From Escherichia coli (lineage in GTDB: Bacteria; Pseudomonadota; Gammaproteobacteria; Enterobacterales; Enterobacteriaceae): 64,000 nt of DNA. The number at the start of each line of letters is the position of its first letter. The first letter of the stretch is position 1. The translations under genes and the position numbers were made by a program. Under the pieces are notes generated by a model that did no database searches, was not told the origin of the DNA, and was given only the letters and a program-made list of their open reading frames with translations. The stretch lies in NCBI RefSeq assembly GCF_050320075.1, contig NZ_CP190018.1. One strand, written 5' to 3'. Below are positions 1 to 13,202 of the stretch, one piece after another.

Positions 1-240
1 CCAAATGGCTTCAAAACCAAGTACAGCATTTCGCAGCTTGCCGCGGCAGGTTTAACGCCACAGCAGCCGCTGGGCAACCATCAACAAGCCAGCCTGCTGC
101 GTCTGGATGTCGGTACCGGTTACCAGTACTGGTACGGTCTGCCGAACTTCTACACCATCACCCGTTACAACCACAGTACCCATTACGCAATGGCGGTCTG
201 GCAGTTAGGACAAGCCGTGGCGCTGGCGCGCGTGCAGTAA
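1..240 (+). CDS. mltB: 3' end of membrane-bound lytic murein transglycosylase B (partial, start outside window)
   Basis: Frame-1 ORF runs from the window edge to TAA at 238-240 (..YNHSTHYAMAVWQLGQAVALARVQ*); position upstream of pncC-recA matches K-12 synteny. Confidence 0.7.
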   Translation, partial: PNGFKTKYSISQLAAAGLTPQQPLGNHQQASLLRLDVGTGYQYWYGLPNFYTITRYNHSTHYAMAVWQLGQAVALARVQ

Positions 241-384
241 CTATTTGCAAGAGGGGAGCGTGAGCTTCCCTCTGGCTAATCAGCTTTTTTCTGAATCCTC
301 CTCGTAAAATTGCAACGCCAACACCATCTTCCTGACGAAAGTGCTATCTTGTCCGGCATAAATTTTTGACTGACAGAGGTTGTG

Positions 385-882
385 ATGACTGACAGTGAAC
401 TGATGCAGTTAAGCGAACAGGTTGGGCAGGCGCTGAAAGCCCGTGGCGCAACCGTAACAACTGCTGAGTCTTGTACCGGTGGTTGGGTAGCGAAAGTGAT
501 TACCGATATTGCCGGCAGTTCCGCCTGGTTTGAACGCGGATTTGTCACCTACAGTAACGAAGCGAAAGCGCAAATGATCGGTGTACGCGAAGAGACGCTG
601 GCGCAGCATGGCGCGGTGAGCGAACCTGTCGTGGTGGAAATGGCGATAGGCGCACTGAAAGCGGCTCGTGCTGATTATGCTGTGTCTATTAGTGGTATCG
701 CCGGGCCGGATGGCGGCAGTGAAGAGAAGCCTGTCGGCACCGTCTGGTTTGCTTTTGCCACCGCCCGCGGCGAAGGTATTACCCGGCGGGAATGCTTCAG
801 CGGTGACCGTGATGCGGTGCGTCGTCAGGCTACTGCGTATGCATTGCAGACCTTGTGGCAACAATTTCTACAAAACACTTGA
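385..882 (+). CDS. pncC: NMN amidohydrolase, CinA C-terminal-domain family
   Basis: ORF track 382..882 begins GTG-ATG; ATG at 385 gives MTDSELMQLSEQ.. typical of PncC/YgaD; lies immediately upstream of recA. Confidence 0.9.
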   Translation: MTDSELMQLSEQVGQALKARGATVTTAESCTGGWVAKVITDIAGSSAWFERGFVTYSNEAKAQMIGVREETLAQHGAVSEPVVVEMAIGALKAARADYAVSISGIAGPDGGSEEKPVGTVWFAFATARGEGITRRECFSGDRDAVRRQATAYALQTLWQQFLQNT

Positions 883-892
883 TACTGTATGA
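873..892. promoter_or_regulatory. LexA (SOS) box of the recA promoter
   Basis: Exact palindrome TACTGTATGAGCATACAGTA (CTGT-N8-ACAG), followed by TATAAT at 891-896, about 70 bp upstream of the recA start. Confidence 0.95.
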
Positions 893-2023
<1,131 letters not shown>

Positions 2024-2043
2024 TCGTCTTGTTTGATACACAA

Positions 2044-2073
2044 GGGTCGCATCTGCGGCCCTTTTGCTTTTTT
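2044..2073 (+). terminator. Intrinsic terminator between recA and recX
   Basis: GC hairpin GGGTCGCATCTGCGGCCC followed by TTTTGCTTTTTT. Confidence 0.7.
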
Positions 2074-2091
2074 AAGTTGTAAGGATATGCC

Positions 2092-2592
2092 ATGACAGAA
2101 TCAACGTCCCGTCGCCCGGCATATGCTCGCCTGTTGGATCGTGCGGTACGCATTCTGGCGGTGCGCGATCACAGTGAGCAAGAACTGCGACGTAAACTCG
2201 CGGCACCGATTATGGGCAAAAATGGCCCGGAAGAGATTGATGCCACGGCAGAAGATTACGAGCGCGTTATCGCCTGGTGCCATGAACATGGCTATCTCGA
2301 TGACAGCCGATTTGTTGCGCGCTTTATCGCCAGCCGTAGCCGCAAAGGTTATGGACCTGCGCGTATTCGTCAGGAACTGAATCAGAAAGGTATTTCCCGC
2401 GAAGCGACAGAAAAAGCGATGCGTGAATGTGACATCGACTGGTGCGCACTGGCGCGCGATCAGGCGACGCGAAAATATGGCGAACCTTTGCCAACTGTCT
2501 TTTCAGAAAAAGTTAAGATCCAGCGTTTTCTGCTCTATCGTGGCTATCTGATGGAAGATATCCAGGATATTTGGCGAAATTTTGCCGACTGA
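2092..2592 (+). CDS. recX: RecA regulator RecX
   Basis: 166-aa ORF directly downstream of rec[23 protein letters not shown].. Confidence 0.95.
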   Translation: MTESTSRRPAYARLLDRAVRILAVRDHSEQELRRKLAAPIMGKNGPEEIDATAEDYERVIAWCHEHGYLDDSRFVARFIASRSRKGYGPARIRQELNQKGISREATEKAMRECDIDWCALARDQATRKYGEPLPTVFSEKVKIQRFLLYRGYLMEDIQDIWRNFAD

Positions 2593-2719
2593 ACGCATAC
2601 GGTATTTTACTTCCCAGTCAAGAAAACTTATCTTATTCCCACTTTTCAGTTACCAGCCCGGCGGTTAAGACACGCTGGAGCTGGTGGCGATATTTCGTTA
2701 GCTTGATTTCAGGATAATT

Positions 2720-5350
2720 ATGAGCAAGAGCACCGCTGAGATCCGTCAGGCGTTTCTCGACTTTTTCCATAGTAAGGGACATCAGGTAGTTGCCAGCAGC
2801 TCCCTGGTACCCCATAACGACCCAACTTTGTTGTTTACCAACGCCGGGATGAACCAGTTCAAGGATGTGTTCCTTGGGCTCGACAAGCGTAATTATTCCC
2901 GCGCTACCACTTCCCAACGCTGCGTGCGTGCGGGTGGTAAACACAACGACCTGGAAAACGTCGGTTACACCGCGCGTCATCATACCTTCTTCGAAATGCT
3001 GGGCAACTTCAGCTTCGGCGACTATTTCAAACACGATGCCATTCAGTTTGCATGGGAACTGCTGACCAGTGAAAAATGGTTTGCCCTGCCGAAAGAGCGT
3101 CTGTGGGTTACCGTCTATGAAAGCGACGACGAAGCCTACGAAATCTGGGAAAAAGAAGTAGGGATCCCGCGCGAACGTATTATTCGCATCGGCGATAACA
3201 AAGGTGCGCCATACGCATCTGACAACTTCTGGCAGATGGGTGACACTGGTCCGTGCGGCCCGTGCACCGAAATCTTCTACGATCACGGCGACCACATTTG
3301 GGGTGGCCCTCCGGGAAGTCCGGAAGAAGACGGCGATCGCTACATTGAGATCTGGAACATCGTCTTCATGCAGTTCAACCGCCAGGCAGATGGCACGATG
3401 GAACCGCTGCCGAAGCCGTCTGTAGATACCGGTATGGGTCTGGAGCGTATTGCTGCGGTGCTGCAACACGTTAACTCTAACTATGACATCGACCTGTTCC
3501 GCACGCTGATCCAGGCGGTAGCGAAAGTCACTGGCGCGACCGATCTGAGCAATAAATCGCTGCGCGTAATCGCTGACCACATTCGTTCTTGTGCGTTCCT
3601 GATCGCGGATGGCGTAATGCCGTCCAATGAAAACCGTGGTTATGTACTGCGTCGTATCATTCGTCGCGCAGTGCGTCACGGCAATATGCTGGGCGCGAAA
3701 GAAACCTTCTTCTACAAACTGGTTGGTCCGCTGATCGACGTAATGGGCTCTGCGGGTGAAGACCTGAAACGCCAGCAGGCGCAGGTTGAGCAGGTGCTGA
3801 AGACTGAAGAAGAGCAGTTTGCCCGTACTCTGGAGCGCGGTCTGGCGCTGCTGGATGAAGAGCTGGCAAAACTTTCTGGTGATACGCTGGATGGCGAAAC
3901 GGCTTTCCGTCTGTACGACACCTATGGCTTCCCGGTTGACCTGACGGCTGATGTTTGTCGTGAGCGCAACATCAAAGTTGACGAAGCTGGTTTCGAAGCA
4001 GCAATGGAAGAGCAGCGTCGTCGCGCGCGCGAAGCCAGCGGCTTTGGTGCCGATTACAACGCAATGATCCGTGTTGACAGCGCATCTGAATTTAAAGGCT
4101 ATGACCATCTGGAACTGAACGGCAAAGTGACCGCGCTGTTTGTTGATGGTAAAGCGGTTGATGCCATCAATGCAGGCCAGGAAGCTGTGGTCGTGCTGGA
4201 TCAAACGCCATTCTATGCGGAATCCGGCGGTCAGGTTGGTGATAAAGGCGAACTGAAAGGCGCTAACTTCTCCTTTGCGGTGGAAGATACGCAGAAATAC
4301 GGCCAGGCGATTGGTCACATCGGTAAACTTGCTGCGGGTTCTCTGAAAGTGGGCGACGCGGTGCAGGCTGATGTTGATGAGGCTCGTCGCGCCCGTATTC
4401 GTCTGAATCACTCCGCAACGCACCTGATGCACGCTGCGCTGCGCCAGGTTCTGGGTACTCATGTATCGCAGAAAGGTTCACTGGTTAACGACAAAGTGCT
4501 GCGCTTCGACTTCTCACACAACGAAGCGATGAAACCAGAAGAGATTCGTGCGGTCGAAGACCTGGTGAACGCACAGATTCGCCGTAACTTGCCGATCGAA
4601 ACCAACATCATGGATCTCGAAGCGGCGAAAGCGAAAGGTGCGATGGCGCTGTTCGGCGAGAAGTATGATGAGCGCGTACGCGTGCTGAGCATGGGCGATT
4701 TCTCCACCGAGCTGTGTGGCGGTACTCACGCCAGCCGCACTGGTGATATTGGTCTGTTCCGCATCATCTCTGAATCGGGTACTGCTGCAGGCGTTCGTCG
4801 TATCGAAGCGGTAACCGGAGAAGGCGCTATCGCCACCGTTCATGCAGACAGCGATCGCTTAAACGAAGTCGCGCATCTGCTGAAAGGCGATAGCAATAAT
4901 CTGGCTGATAAAGTGCGCTCAGTACTGGAACGTACGCGTCAGCTGGAAAAAGAGTTACAACAGCTTAAAGAACAAGCTGCCGCACAGGAGAGCGCAAATC
5001 TTTCCAGTAAGGCAATTGATGTTAATGGTGTTAAGCTGTTGGTTAGCGAGCTTAGCGGTGTTGAGCCGAAAATGTTGCGTACCATGGTTGACGATTTAAA
5101 AAATCAGCTGGGGTCGACAATTATCGTGCTGGCAACGGTAGCCGAAGGTAAGGTTTCTCTGATTGCAGGCGTATCTAAGGACGTCACAGATCGTGTGAAA
5201 GCAGGGGAACTGATTGGTATGGTCGCTCAGCAGGTGGGCGGCAAGGGTGGTGGACGTCCTGACATGGCGCAAGCCGGTGGTACGGATGCTGCGGCCTTAC
5301 CTGCAGCGTTAGCCAGTGTGAAAGGCTGGGTCAGCGCGAAATTGCAATAA
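2720..5350 (+). CDS. alaS: Alanine--tRNA ligase
   Basis: 876-aa [27 protein letters not shown].., class II aaRS; synteny. Confidence 0.98.
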   Translation: MSKSTAEIRQAFLDFFHSKGHQVVASSSLVPHNDPTLLFTNAGMNQFKDVFLGLDKRNYSRATTSQRCVRAGGKHNDLENVGYTARHHTFFEMLGNFSFGDYFKHDAIQFAWELLTSEKWFALPKERLWVTVYESDDEAYEIWEKEVGIPRERIIRIGDNKGAPYASDNFWQMGDTGPCGPCTEIFYDHGDHIWGGPPGSPEEDGDRYIEIWNIVFMQFNRQADGTMEPLPKPSVDTGMGLERIAAVLQHVNSNYDIDLFRTLIQAVAKVTGATDLSNKSLRVIADHIRSCAFLIADGVMPSNENRGYVLRRIIRRAVRHGNMLGAKETFFYKLVGPLIDVMGSAGEDLKRQQAQVEQVLKTEEEQFARTLERGLALLDEELAKLSGDTLDGETAFRLYDTYGFPVDLTADVCRERNIKVDEAGFEAAMEEQRRRAREASGFGADYNAMIRVDSASEFKGYDHLELNGKVTALFVDGKAVDAINAGQEAVVVLDQTPFYAESGGQVGDKGELKGANFSFAVEDTQKYGQAIGHIGKLAAGSLKVGDAVQADVDEARRARIRLNHSATHLMHAALRQVLGTHVSQKGSLVNDKVLRFDFSHNEAMKPEEIRAVEDLVNAQIRRNLPIETNIMDLEAAKAKGAMALFGEKYDERVRVLSMGDFSTELCGGTHASRTGDIGLFRIISESGTAAGVRRIEAVTGEGAIATVHADSDRLNEVAHLLKGDSNNLADKVRSVLERTRQLEKELQQLKEQAAAQESANLSSKAIDVNGVKLLVSELSGVEPKMLRTMVDDLKNQLGSTIIVLATVAEGKVSLIAGVSKDVTDRVKAGELIGMVAQQVGGKGGGRPDMAQAGGTDAAALPAALASVKGWVSAKLQ

Positions 5351-5584
5351 TATAAGCGTCAGGCAATGCCGTGGACTCGCTTCACGGCATTCGCATTAAC
5401 GCTATCGACAACGATAAAGTCAGGTTGAAGTTGTGTATATCGGCTAAACTTAGGTTTAACAGAATGTAATGCCATGACTGCTTACATGTAATGTGTTTGT
5501 CATTGCTTACTTTTTGGCGTTATATGATGGATAATGCCGGGATACAGAGAGACCCGACTCTTTTAATCTTTCAAGGAGCAAAGA

Positions 5585-5770
5585 ATGCTGATTCTGACTC
5601 GTCGAGTTGGTGAGACCCTCATGATTGGGGATGAGGTCACCGTGACAGTTTTAGGGGTAAAGGGCAACCAGGTACGTATTGGCGTAAATGCCCCGAAGGA
5701 AGTTTCTGTTCACCGTGAAGAGATCTACCAGCGTATCCAGGCTGAAAAATCCCAGCAGTCCAGTTACTAA
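5585..5770 (+). CDS. csrA: Carbon storage regulator CsrA
   Basis: 61-aa [51 protein letters not shown].. Confidence 0.98.
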
Positions 5771-5777
5771 TCTTTCC

Positions 5778-5803
5778 GCGTCTCATCTTTATCGGTGAGA
5801 CGC
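5778..5803 (+). terminator. Hairpin downstream of csrA (possible terminator)
   Basis: Inverted repeat GCGTCTCA..TGAGACGC just after the csrA stop; no clear U-run, so weak. Confidence 0.3.
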
Positions 5804-6086
5804 ACCCCTCAAAATATCTCCTTCACTCCATTGTCTTTTCGCTTTACTCCCGTTCATTCAACTTAAGTCTCCATTTTTTTGCATTACTGCTATCTGACAG
5901 ACCTCCGTTTTTCTGTTGATAAAACACTCTTTTTGACGTTTTTACAGACTAATTGAGCGTGAAGTGTGCAAACGATAAAAGTGTGGGAAAAATTGTTTGA
6001 CTTATAAGTCTCAGAAAGTAATATGTGCGCCACGCAGCGACGATGAGCGATAAACAAGTTCTTCGAAGCACTCGTAAGAGGCGTGT

Positions 6087-6179
6087 GGTGAGGTGGCCGA
6101 GAGGCTGAAGGCGCTCCCCTGCTAAGGGAGTATGCGGTCAAAAGCTGCATCCGGGGTTCGAATCCCCGCCTCACCGCCA
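6087..6179 (+). tRNA. serV: tRNA-Ser (anticodon GCU)
   Basis: 93-nt sequence GGTGAGGTGGCCGAG..CGCCTCACCGCCA with long variable arm, anticodon loop CUGCUAA, 3' CCA. Confidence 0.95.
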
Positions 6180-6182
6180 TTT

Positions 6183-6259
6183 GCATCCGTAGCTCAGCTG
6201 GATAGAGTACTCGGCTACGAACCGAGCGGTCGGAGGTTCGAATCCTCCCGGATGCACCA
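6183..6259 (+). tRNA. argV: tRNA-Arg (anticodon ACG), copy 1
   Basis: 77-nt GCATCCGTAGCTCAGCTGGATAGAGTACTCGGCTACGAACCGAG..GGATGCACCA. Confidence 0.95.
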
Positions 6260-6370
6260 TATTCTACGTACTTTCAGCGATGAAGGTATGGAAGAGGTGG
6301 CGGTAATAACCGCAGGCACCAGGGAGGATAACGTTGCTTTAGCAACGGCCCGAAGGGCGAGCCGCAAGGC

Positions 6371-6393
6371 GAGTAATCCTCCCGGATGCACCA
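6371..6393 (+). pseudogene. tRNA 3'-end fragment (T-arm/acceptor remnant) inside the tRNA-Arg array spacer
   Basis: GAGTAATCCTCCCGGATGCACCA mimics the last ~20 nt of the adjacent tRNA-Arg and is followed by a normal inter-tRNA spacer. Confidence 0.5.
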
Positions 6394-6457
6394 TCTCTTA
6401 CTTGATACGGCTTTAGTAGCGGTATCAAAAAATCTGCAGTAAAGTAAGTTTCCCGAT

Positions 6458-6534
6458 GCATCCGTAGCTCAGCTGGATAGAGTACTCGGCTACGAACCGA
6501 GCGGTCGGAGGTTCGAATCCTCCCGGATGCACCA
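6458..6534 (+). tRNA. argY: tRNA-Arg (ACG), copy 2
   Basis: Identical 77-nt tRNA-Arg sequence. Confidence 0.95.
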
Positions 6535-6596
6535 TCTCTTACTTGATATGGCTTTAGCAGCGGTATCAATATCAGCAGTAAAATAAATTTCCCGAT

Positions 6597-6673
6597 GCAT
6601 CCGTAGCTCAGCTGGATAGAGTACTCGGCTACGAACCGAGCGGTCGGAGGTTCGAATCCTCCCGGATGCACCA
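6597..6673 (+). tRNA. argZ: tRNA-Arg (ACG), copy 3
   Basis: Identical 77-nt tRNA-Arg sequence. Confidence 0.95.
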
Positions 6674-6775
6674 TATTCTCCGTAATCATCAGTGATGATG
6701 GTTAAGATGGATTTTCTTATTTGATATGGCTTTAGTAGCGGTATCAATATCAGCAGTAAAATAAGTTTTCCCGAT

Positions 6776-6852
6776 GCATCCGTAGCTCAGCTGGATAGAG
6801 TACTCGGCTACGAACCGAGCGGTCGGAGGTTCGAATCCTCCCGGATGCACCA
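6776..6852 (+). tRNA. argQ: tRNA-Arg (ACG), copy 4
   Basis: Identical 77-nt tRNA-Arg sequence. Confidence 0.95.
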
Positions 6853-6999
6853 TCTTCTCCAAAAAATTTCCTTCAAAAATATCTCATTTCTAAATAACTA
6901 CTTTATCCATTTCCTGAATTTTCTTCTCCTTCGCCATCAGCGACAAAATCAAGCAATTACGCTAAAGTAGCGTCATATTTTTCGACTTGCGAGAAGACC

Positions 7000-7566
7000 A
7001 TGTACGAGCGTTATGCAGGTTTAATTTTTGATATGGATGGCACCATCCTGGATACCGAGCCTACGCACCGTAAAGCGTGGCGCGAAGTATTAGGGCACTA
7101 CGGTCTTCAGTACGATGTTCAGGCGATGATTGCGCTTAATGGCTCGCCCACCTGGCGTATTGCTCAGGCGATTATTGAGCTGAATCAGGCCGATCTCGAC
7201 CCGCATGCGTTAGCGCGTGAAAAAACAGAAGCAGTAAGAAGTATGCTGCTGGATAGTGTCGAGCCGCTTCCTCTTGTTGAAGTGGTGAAAAGCTGGCATG
7301 GTCGTCGCCCAATGGCTGTAGGAACGGGGAGTGAAAGCGCCATCGCTGAGGCATTGCTGGCGCACCTGGGATTACGCCGTTATTTTGACGCCGTCGTCGC
7401 TGCTGATCACGTCAAACACCATAAACCCGCGCCAGACACATTTTTGTTGTGCGCGCAGCGTATGGGCGTGCAACCGACACAGTGTGTGGTCTTTGAAGAT
7501 GCCGATTTCGGTATTCAGGCGGCCCGTGCAGCAGGCATGGACGCTGTGGATGTTCGCTTGCTGTGA
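7000..7566 (+). CDS. yqaB: HAD-family sugar phosphatase (fructose-1-phosphate phosphatase)
   Basis: 188-aa ORF with HAD motif FDMDGTILDTE; synteny. Confidence 0.9.
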   Translation: MYERYAGLIFDMDGTILDTEPTHRKAWREVLGHYGLQYDVQAMIALNGSPTWRIAQAIIELNQADLDPHALAREKTEAVRSMLLDSVEPLPLVEVVKSWHGRRPMAVGTGSESAIAEALLAHLGLRRYFDAVVAADHVKHHKPAPDTFLLCAQRMGVQPTQCVVFEDADFGIQAARAAGMDAVDVRLL

Positions 7567-7991
7567 GTGAAGCGTTATCGCTTTTCTCGTTGTTTGCCAG
7601 TAGTTTTCTCAGCGCTACACTATTACCCGGCAACTCCGAAGTCGTGCTGGTGGCAATGTTGCTTTCCGGGATCAGTCATCCCTGGGTTTTAGTTTTAACA
7701 GCAACAATGGGTAATAGCCTTGGAGGGTTAACTAACGTTATCCTTGGGCGTTTCTTTCCATTGCGTAAAACATCGCGCTGGCAAGAGAAAGCTACCGGCT
7801 GGCTGAAACGCTATGGTGCAGTCACGCTATTATTAAGCTGGATGCCCGTGGTTGGCGATTTACTGTGTCTGTTAGCGGGATGGATGCGCATCTCCTGGGG
7901 GCCGGTAATCTTTTTTTTGTGCCTTGGTAAAGCGTTACGCTATGTTGCAGTTGCAGCAGCGACCGTTCAGGGCATGATGTGGTGGCACTAA
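7563..7991 (+). CDS. yqaA: DedA/SNARE-associated family inner membrane protein
   Basis: 142-aa hydrophobic ORF overlapping the yqaB stop by 4 nt. Confidence 0.85.
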   Translation: MSEALSLFSLFASSFLSATLLPGNSEVVLVAMLLSGISHPWVLVLTATMGNSLGGLTNVILGRFFPLRKTSRWQEKATGWLKRYGAVTLLLSWMPVVGDLLCLLAGWMRISWGPVIFFLCLGKALRYVAVAAATVQGMMWWH

Positions 7992-8036
7992 TTGTAGGCC
8001 TGCACATATGGTCACCATTACAGTTATGCTAATTAA

Positions 8037-9620
<1,584 letters not shown>

Positions 9621-9627
9621 CAGAAAA

Positions 9628-9700
9628 GAAAAAGGCCACTCGTGAGTGGCCAAAATTTCATCTCTGAATTCAGGGATGATGATAACAAATGCGCGTCTTT
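9628..9700 (-). ncRNA. micA: MicA (SraD) Hfq-dependent small RNA
   Basis: Minus strand reads GAAAGACGCGCATTTGTTATCATCATCCCTGAATTCAGAGATGAAATTTTGGCCACTCACGAGTGGCCTTTTT, ending in a terminator hairpin; sits between gshA and luxS. Confidence 0.85.
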
Positions 9701-9769
9701 CATATACTCAGACTCGCCTGGGAAGAAAGAGTTCAGAAAATTTTTAAAAAAATTACCGGAGGTGGCTAA

Positions 9770-10285
9770 ATGCCGTTGTTAGATAGCTTCACAGTCGATC
9801 ATACCCGGATGGAAGCGCCTGCAGTTCGGGTGGCGAAAACAATGAACACCCCGCATGGCGACGCAATCACCGTGTTCGATCTGCGCTTCTGCGTGCCGAA
9901 CAAAGAAGTGATGCCAGAAAGAGGGATCCATACCCTGGAGCACCTGTTTGCTGGTTTTATGCGTAACCATCTTAACGGTAATGGTGTAGAGATTATCGAT
10001 ATCTCGCCAATGGGCTGCCGCACCGGTTTTTATATGAGTCTGATTGGTACGCCAGATGAGCAGCGTGTTGCTGATGCCTGGAAAGCGGCAATGGAAGACG
10101 TGCTGAAAGTGCAGGATCAGAATCAGATCCCGGAACTGAACGTCTACCAGTGTGGCACTTACCAGATGCACTCGTTGCAGGAAGCGCAGGATATTGCGCG
10201 TAGCATTCTGGAACGTGACGTGCGCATCAACAGCAACGAAGAACTGGCGCTGCCGAAAGAGAAGTTGCAGGAACTGCACATCTAG
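9770..10285 (+). CDS. luxS: S-ribosylhomocysteine lyase (AI-2 synthase)
   Basis: 171-aa [26 protein letters not shown].. with HTLEH metal motif. Confidence 0.97.
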
Positions 10286-10310
10286 TCAGTAAACTATCTT
10301 CACAATTAAT

Positions 10311-10345
10311 TGAAAAAAGCCAGTTCAAATGAACTGGCTTAGTTG
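10311..10345. terminator. Bidirectional terminator between luxS and emrB
   Basis: Hairpin GCCAGTTCAAATGAACTGGC flanked by an A-run upstream and T-rich sequence downstream. Confidence 0.6.
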
Positions 10346-10348
10346 TAC

Positions 10349-11887
10349 TTAGTGCGCACCACCTCCGCCGCCACCTGCGCCAAATGGCGGTTTAGCAAAC
10401 CACACCAGCCCCAGCAAGACGAGGAATATCCCGGCTGACATCCAGAAGATCTCATTGGCGGAAATAATCAGCCCCTGATTGGTGATCTGCTGGGCAATCC
10501 AGCCTGATGCCTGCTGTTGCGTCATTCCCAGTCCTTCCAGTTGACTGTACATCGCCTGGGCGTTTGGGTTAAACGGGTTTACCGACTCGGTTAACTGCGC
10601 ATGGTGCATCGACTCGCGGTTGGTCCACATGGTTGTGGTTATCGACGTGCCGATAGACCCCGCCAGCGTACGCGTAAAGTTGGAGAGGCTCGATGCCGCC
10701 GCCAGTCGTTCCGGTGGCAAACCAGACAGCGTAATGGTGGTCAGCGGCATAAAGAAGCAGGCCACCGCAAACCCCTGGATAAACTGCGGCCAGGCCGACG
10801 CGCCAAAATCCATACCCGGTTCAAAGGTATAGGCACGCCAGTAGAAGCAGACGGCATACATAATAAAGCTGAAGGTTACCAGCCGCCGCATATCCAGTTT
10901 ATGCGCGAAGCGGCCGATAATCGGCGACAGGATCACCGGAATAATTCCTACCGGCGCAGAGGCCAGACCTGCCCACGTTGCCGTGTAACCGTAGACCTCC
11001 TGCAACAACTGCGGCAGCAGAACAATAGCGCCGAAGTAGAGCATATACGCGAGGCTGATACACAAACAGCCGATGGTGAAGTTGCGCGACTTAAACAACG
11101 ACAGATCGACTATCGGGTTATCGTCGGTCAGCTCCCAGACAATCAGGAAGCAGATAGCCACCACTGCCACCACGGTAAGGATGATAATTTCCTGTGATGA
11201 AAACCAGTCCAGCTCTTTACCGCGGTCGAGCATAATCTGCAGGCTACCGATACCAATAACCAGCAGTGCCAGCCCCACGGCATCAATCCGCCGCCGTTCG
11301 GTGCGGGTTTCACGTCCGCGCAGGGTTTGCAGTGTCATCAACACCACCGCCACGCCAATCGGTACGTTGATGAAGAATATCCAGCCCCAGTGGTAATTGT
11401 CACTGATATACCCGCCGAGGATCGGGCCGCAAATTGGCGCAACAATCACCGTCATCGACCACAACGCCAGCGCGATCGAGCGTTTGGCTGGCGGGTAGTT
11501 ATTCAGCAATAGACTTTGCGAAAGCGGAATTAACGGCCCGGCGACAATCCCCTGAATCACGCGGAAGAAAATCAGCATATTCAGGCTGCTGGAGACACCA
11601 CACGCCCACGACGCAATAGCAAAGGCGATGGTGGACCAGAGGAACAGTTTCACTTCCCCGACGCGCTTTGCCAGCCAGCCGGTAAGCGGGATCGAGATGG
11701 CATTCGCCACCCCGAAAGAAGTGATTACCCACGTTCCCTGGCTGAGCGATGAGCCCAGATTCCCGGCGATAGTGGGGATCGCCACGTTAGCAATGGTGGA
11801 GTCCAGCACCTGCATGAATGTCGCCAGTGACAGCGCAATCGTCATAATGACCAGTTGCGCGCCTTCCAGCGGTTTTTGCTGTTGCAT
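10349..11887 (-). CDS. emrB: Multidrug efflux MFS transporter EmrB
   Basis: Track ORF 10349..11896; internal ATG gives 512 aa MQQQKPLEGAQLVIMTIALSLATFMQVLD.. Confidence 0.95.
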   Translation of the reverse strand: MQQQKPLEGAQLVIMTIALSLATFMQVLDSTIANVAIPTIAGNLGSSLSQGTWVITSFGVANAISIPLTGWLAKRVGEVKLFLWSTIAFAIASWACGVSSSLNMLIFFRVIQGIVAGPLIPLSQSLLLNNYPPAKRSIALALWSMTVIVAPICGPILGGYISDNYHWGWIFFINVPIGVAVVLMTLQTLRGRETRTERRRIDAVGLALLVIGIGSLQIMLDRGKELDWFSSQEIIILTVVAVVAICFLIVWELTDDNPIVDLSLFKSRNFTIGCLCISLAYMLYFGAIVLLPQLLQEVYGYTATWAGLASAPVGIIPVILSPIIGRFAHKLDMRRLVTFSFIMYAVCFYWRAYTFEPGMDFGASAWPQFIQGFAVACFFMPLTTITLSGLPPERLAAASSLSNFTRTLAGSIGTSITTTMWTNRESMHHAQLTESVNPFNPNAQAMYSQLEGLGMTQQQASGWIAQQITNQGLIISANEIFWMSAGIFLVLLGLVWFAKPPFGAGGGGGGAH

Positions 11888-11903
11888 CACACGCACCTCT
11901 GGA

Positions 11904-13076
11904 TTAGCCAGCGTTAGCTTTTACGATATCGTCGATCAGTTTATTGACAGGTGCCAGGCTGATTTCACGCGCGGTGCTTACCGCTACCGGTGTGGAACGT
12001 ACTTTATTTGCCAGTACCTGACCGTCACGGTTAGTGGTATTGACGCTCACCAGCGTGGACAAACCGATACGCAGCGGGTATTGCTCGAGCTGTTTCTGGT
12101 CCAGTTCAATACGAACAGGCAGACGCTGAACGACTTTGATCCAGTTACCAGTCGCATTTTGCGCCGGAAGCAGTGAGAACGCGCTACCTGTCCCCATATC
12201 CAGACCAACCACTTTACCGGTGTATTTCACATCATCGCCGTAAATATCGGTGGTGATGGTGACCGGCTGACCGATGCGCATATTGGCAATCTGCGTCTCT
12301 TTAAAGTTGGCATCCACCCACATATTGGTGGCTGGAACGACCGCCATCAGCGGCGTCGTTGGGCTAATTTGTGCCCCAGGCTGTACCGCGCGGCGGGAGA
12401 CATAACCGGTCATCGGACTGACAATACGAGTACGCTCCAGCGCCAGCCAGGCGTTACGTACTTCGGTGGCAGCCTGTTGCACGGCAGGCTGATCTTCCAG
12501 TTTAGTCCCCAGAATCATCGCCTGATTGGCATTGTATTGTTGAATCGCGACGTCCAGTTGTGCCTGGGCACTGGTAACGGCGTCGCGGGCGTGTTGCAGC
12601 TCTTCGCGACCAATCAGGTTGGCATTGCCCAGCGGCACACGGCGGTTGTAGTCGCTTTGTGCTTTCGCGAGTGCGATTTTTTGCACCTCAATATTCGCCT
12701 GCAACTGTTTGCTGTTAATCATCAGCTGGTGGGTTTGGCGAACGCTGGAAGCCAGTGCAGTTTTGGCTTTTTCAAACGCCTGGCGAGCATCTGTCGGGTC
12801 GAGGGTGACCAGCACATCGCCTTCTTTTACAAAGTCGGTGTTATCGGCCCAGACTTTCGTCACGCTGCCAGACACCTGAGACATAATTTGAATCTGATTC
12901 CCTGCCACGTATGCGTCATCGGTTTCTTCGAAATGACGCAGTACCAAAAACCAATAAATCCCTATCGCTACGGCAATAATTATAAAGAGCAAGGTGAGAA
13001 GGAGGAGCAGACGCTTACGTTTGCCGCTCTTCTTTACCGGTTGCTGCGGGGTTTGAGTCTCCGCATTTGCGCTCAT
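11904..13076 (-). CDS. emrA: Multidrug efflux membrane fusion protein EmrA
   Basis: 390 aa from MSANAETQTPQQPVKKSGKRK..; HlyD-family. Confidence 0.95.
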   Translation of the reverse strand: MSANAETQTPQQPVKKSGKRKRLLLLLTLLFIIIAVAIGIYWFLVLRHFEETDDAYVAGNQIQIMSQVSGSVTKVWADNTDFVKEGDVLVTLDPTDARQAFEKAKTALASSVRQTHQLMINSKQLQANIEVQKIALAKAQSDYNRRVPLGNANLIGREELQHARDAVTSAQAQLDVAIQQYNANQAMILGTKLEDQPAVQQAATEVRNAWLALERTRIVSPMTGYVSRRAVQPGAQISPTTPLMAVVPATNMWVDANFKETQIANMRIGQPVTITTDIYGDDVKYTGKVVGLDMGTGSAFSLLPAQNATGNWIKVVQRLPVRIELDQKQLEQYPLRIGLSTLVSVNTTNRDGQVLANKVRSTPVAVSTAREISLAPVNKLIDDIVKANAG

Positions 13077-13202
13077 ATTGTTCTCCACGATCTTCTTAAC
13101 TCATCGGCTGAGCCGACCTGCTTGCCAAAAAGGCCAGCATGTTGCGATGCTGGCCAGTCATTTTTTCTTTTATAAATCTGGATTTTTGAGCGAGATGACG
13201 CG

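Noticed and set aside
2633-4462. 609-aa minus-strand ORF inside alaS
   Set aside because: Antisense to a highly conserved, clearly coding alaS frame; low-complexity translation with no recognisable motifs; typical shadow ORF.
6183-6852. Possible CRISPR-like array (four identical 77-bp repeats with variable spacers)
   Set aside because: The repeats are complete tRNA-Arg genes with cloverleaf structure and CCA ends; no cas genes are present.
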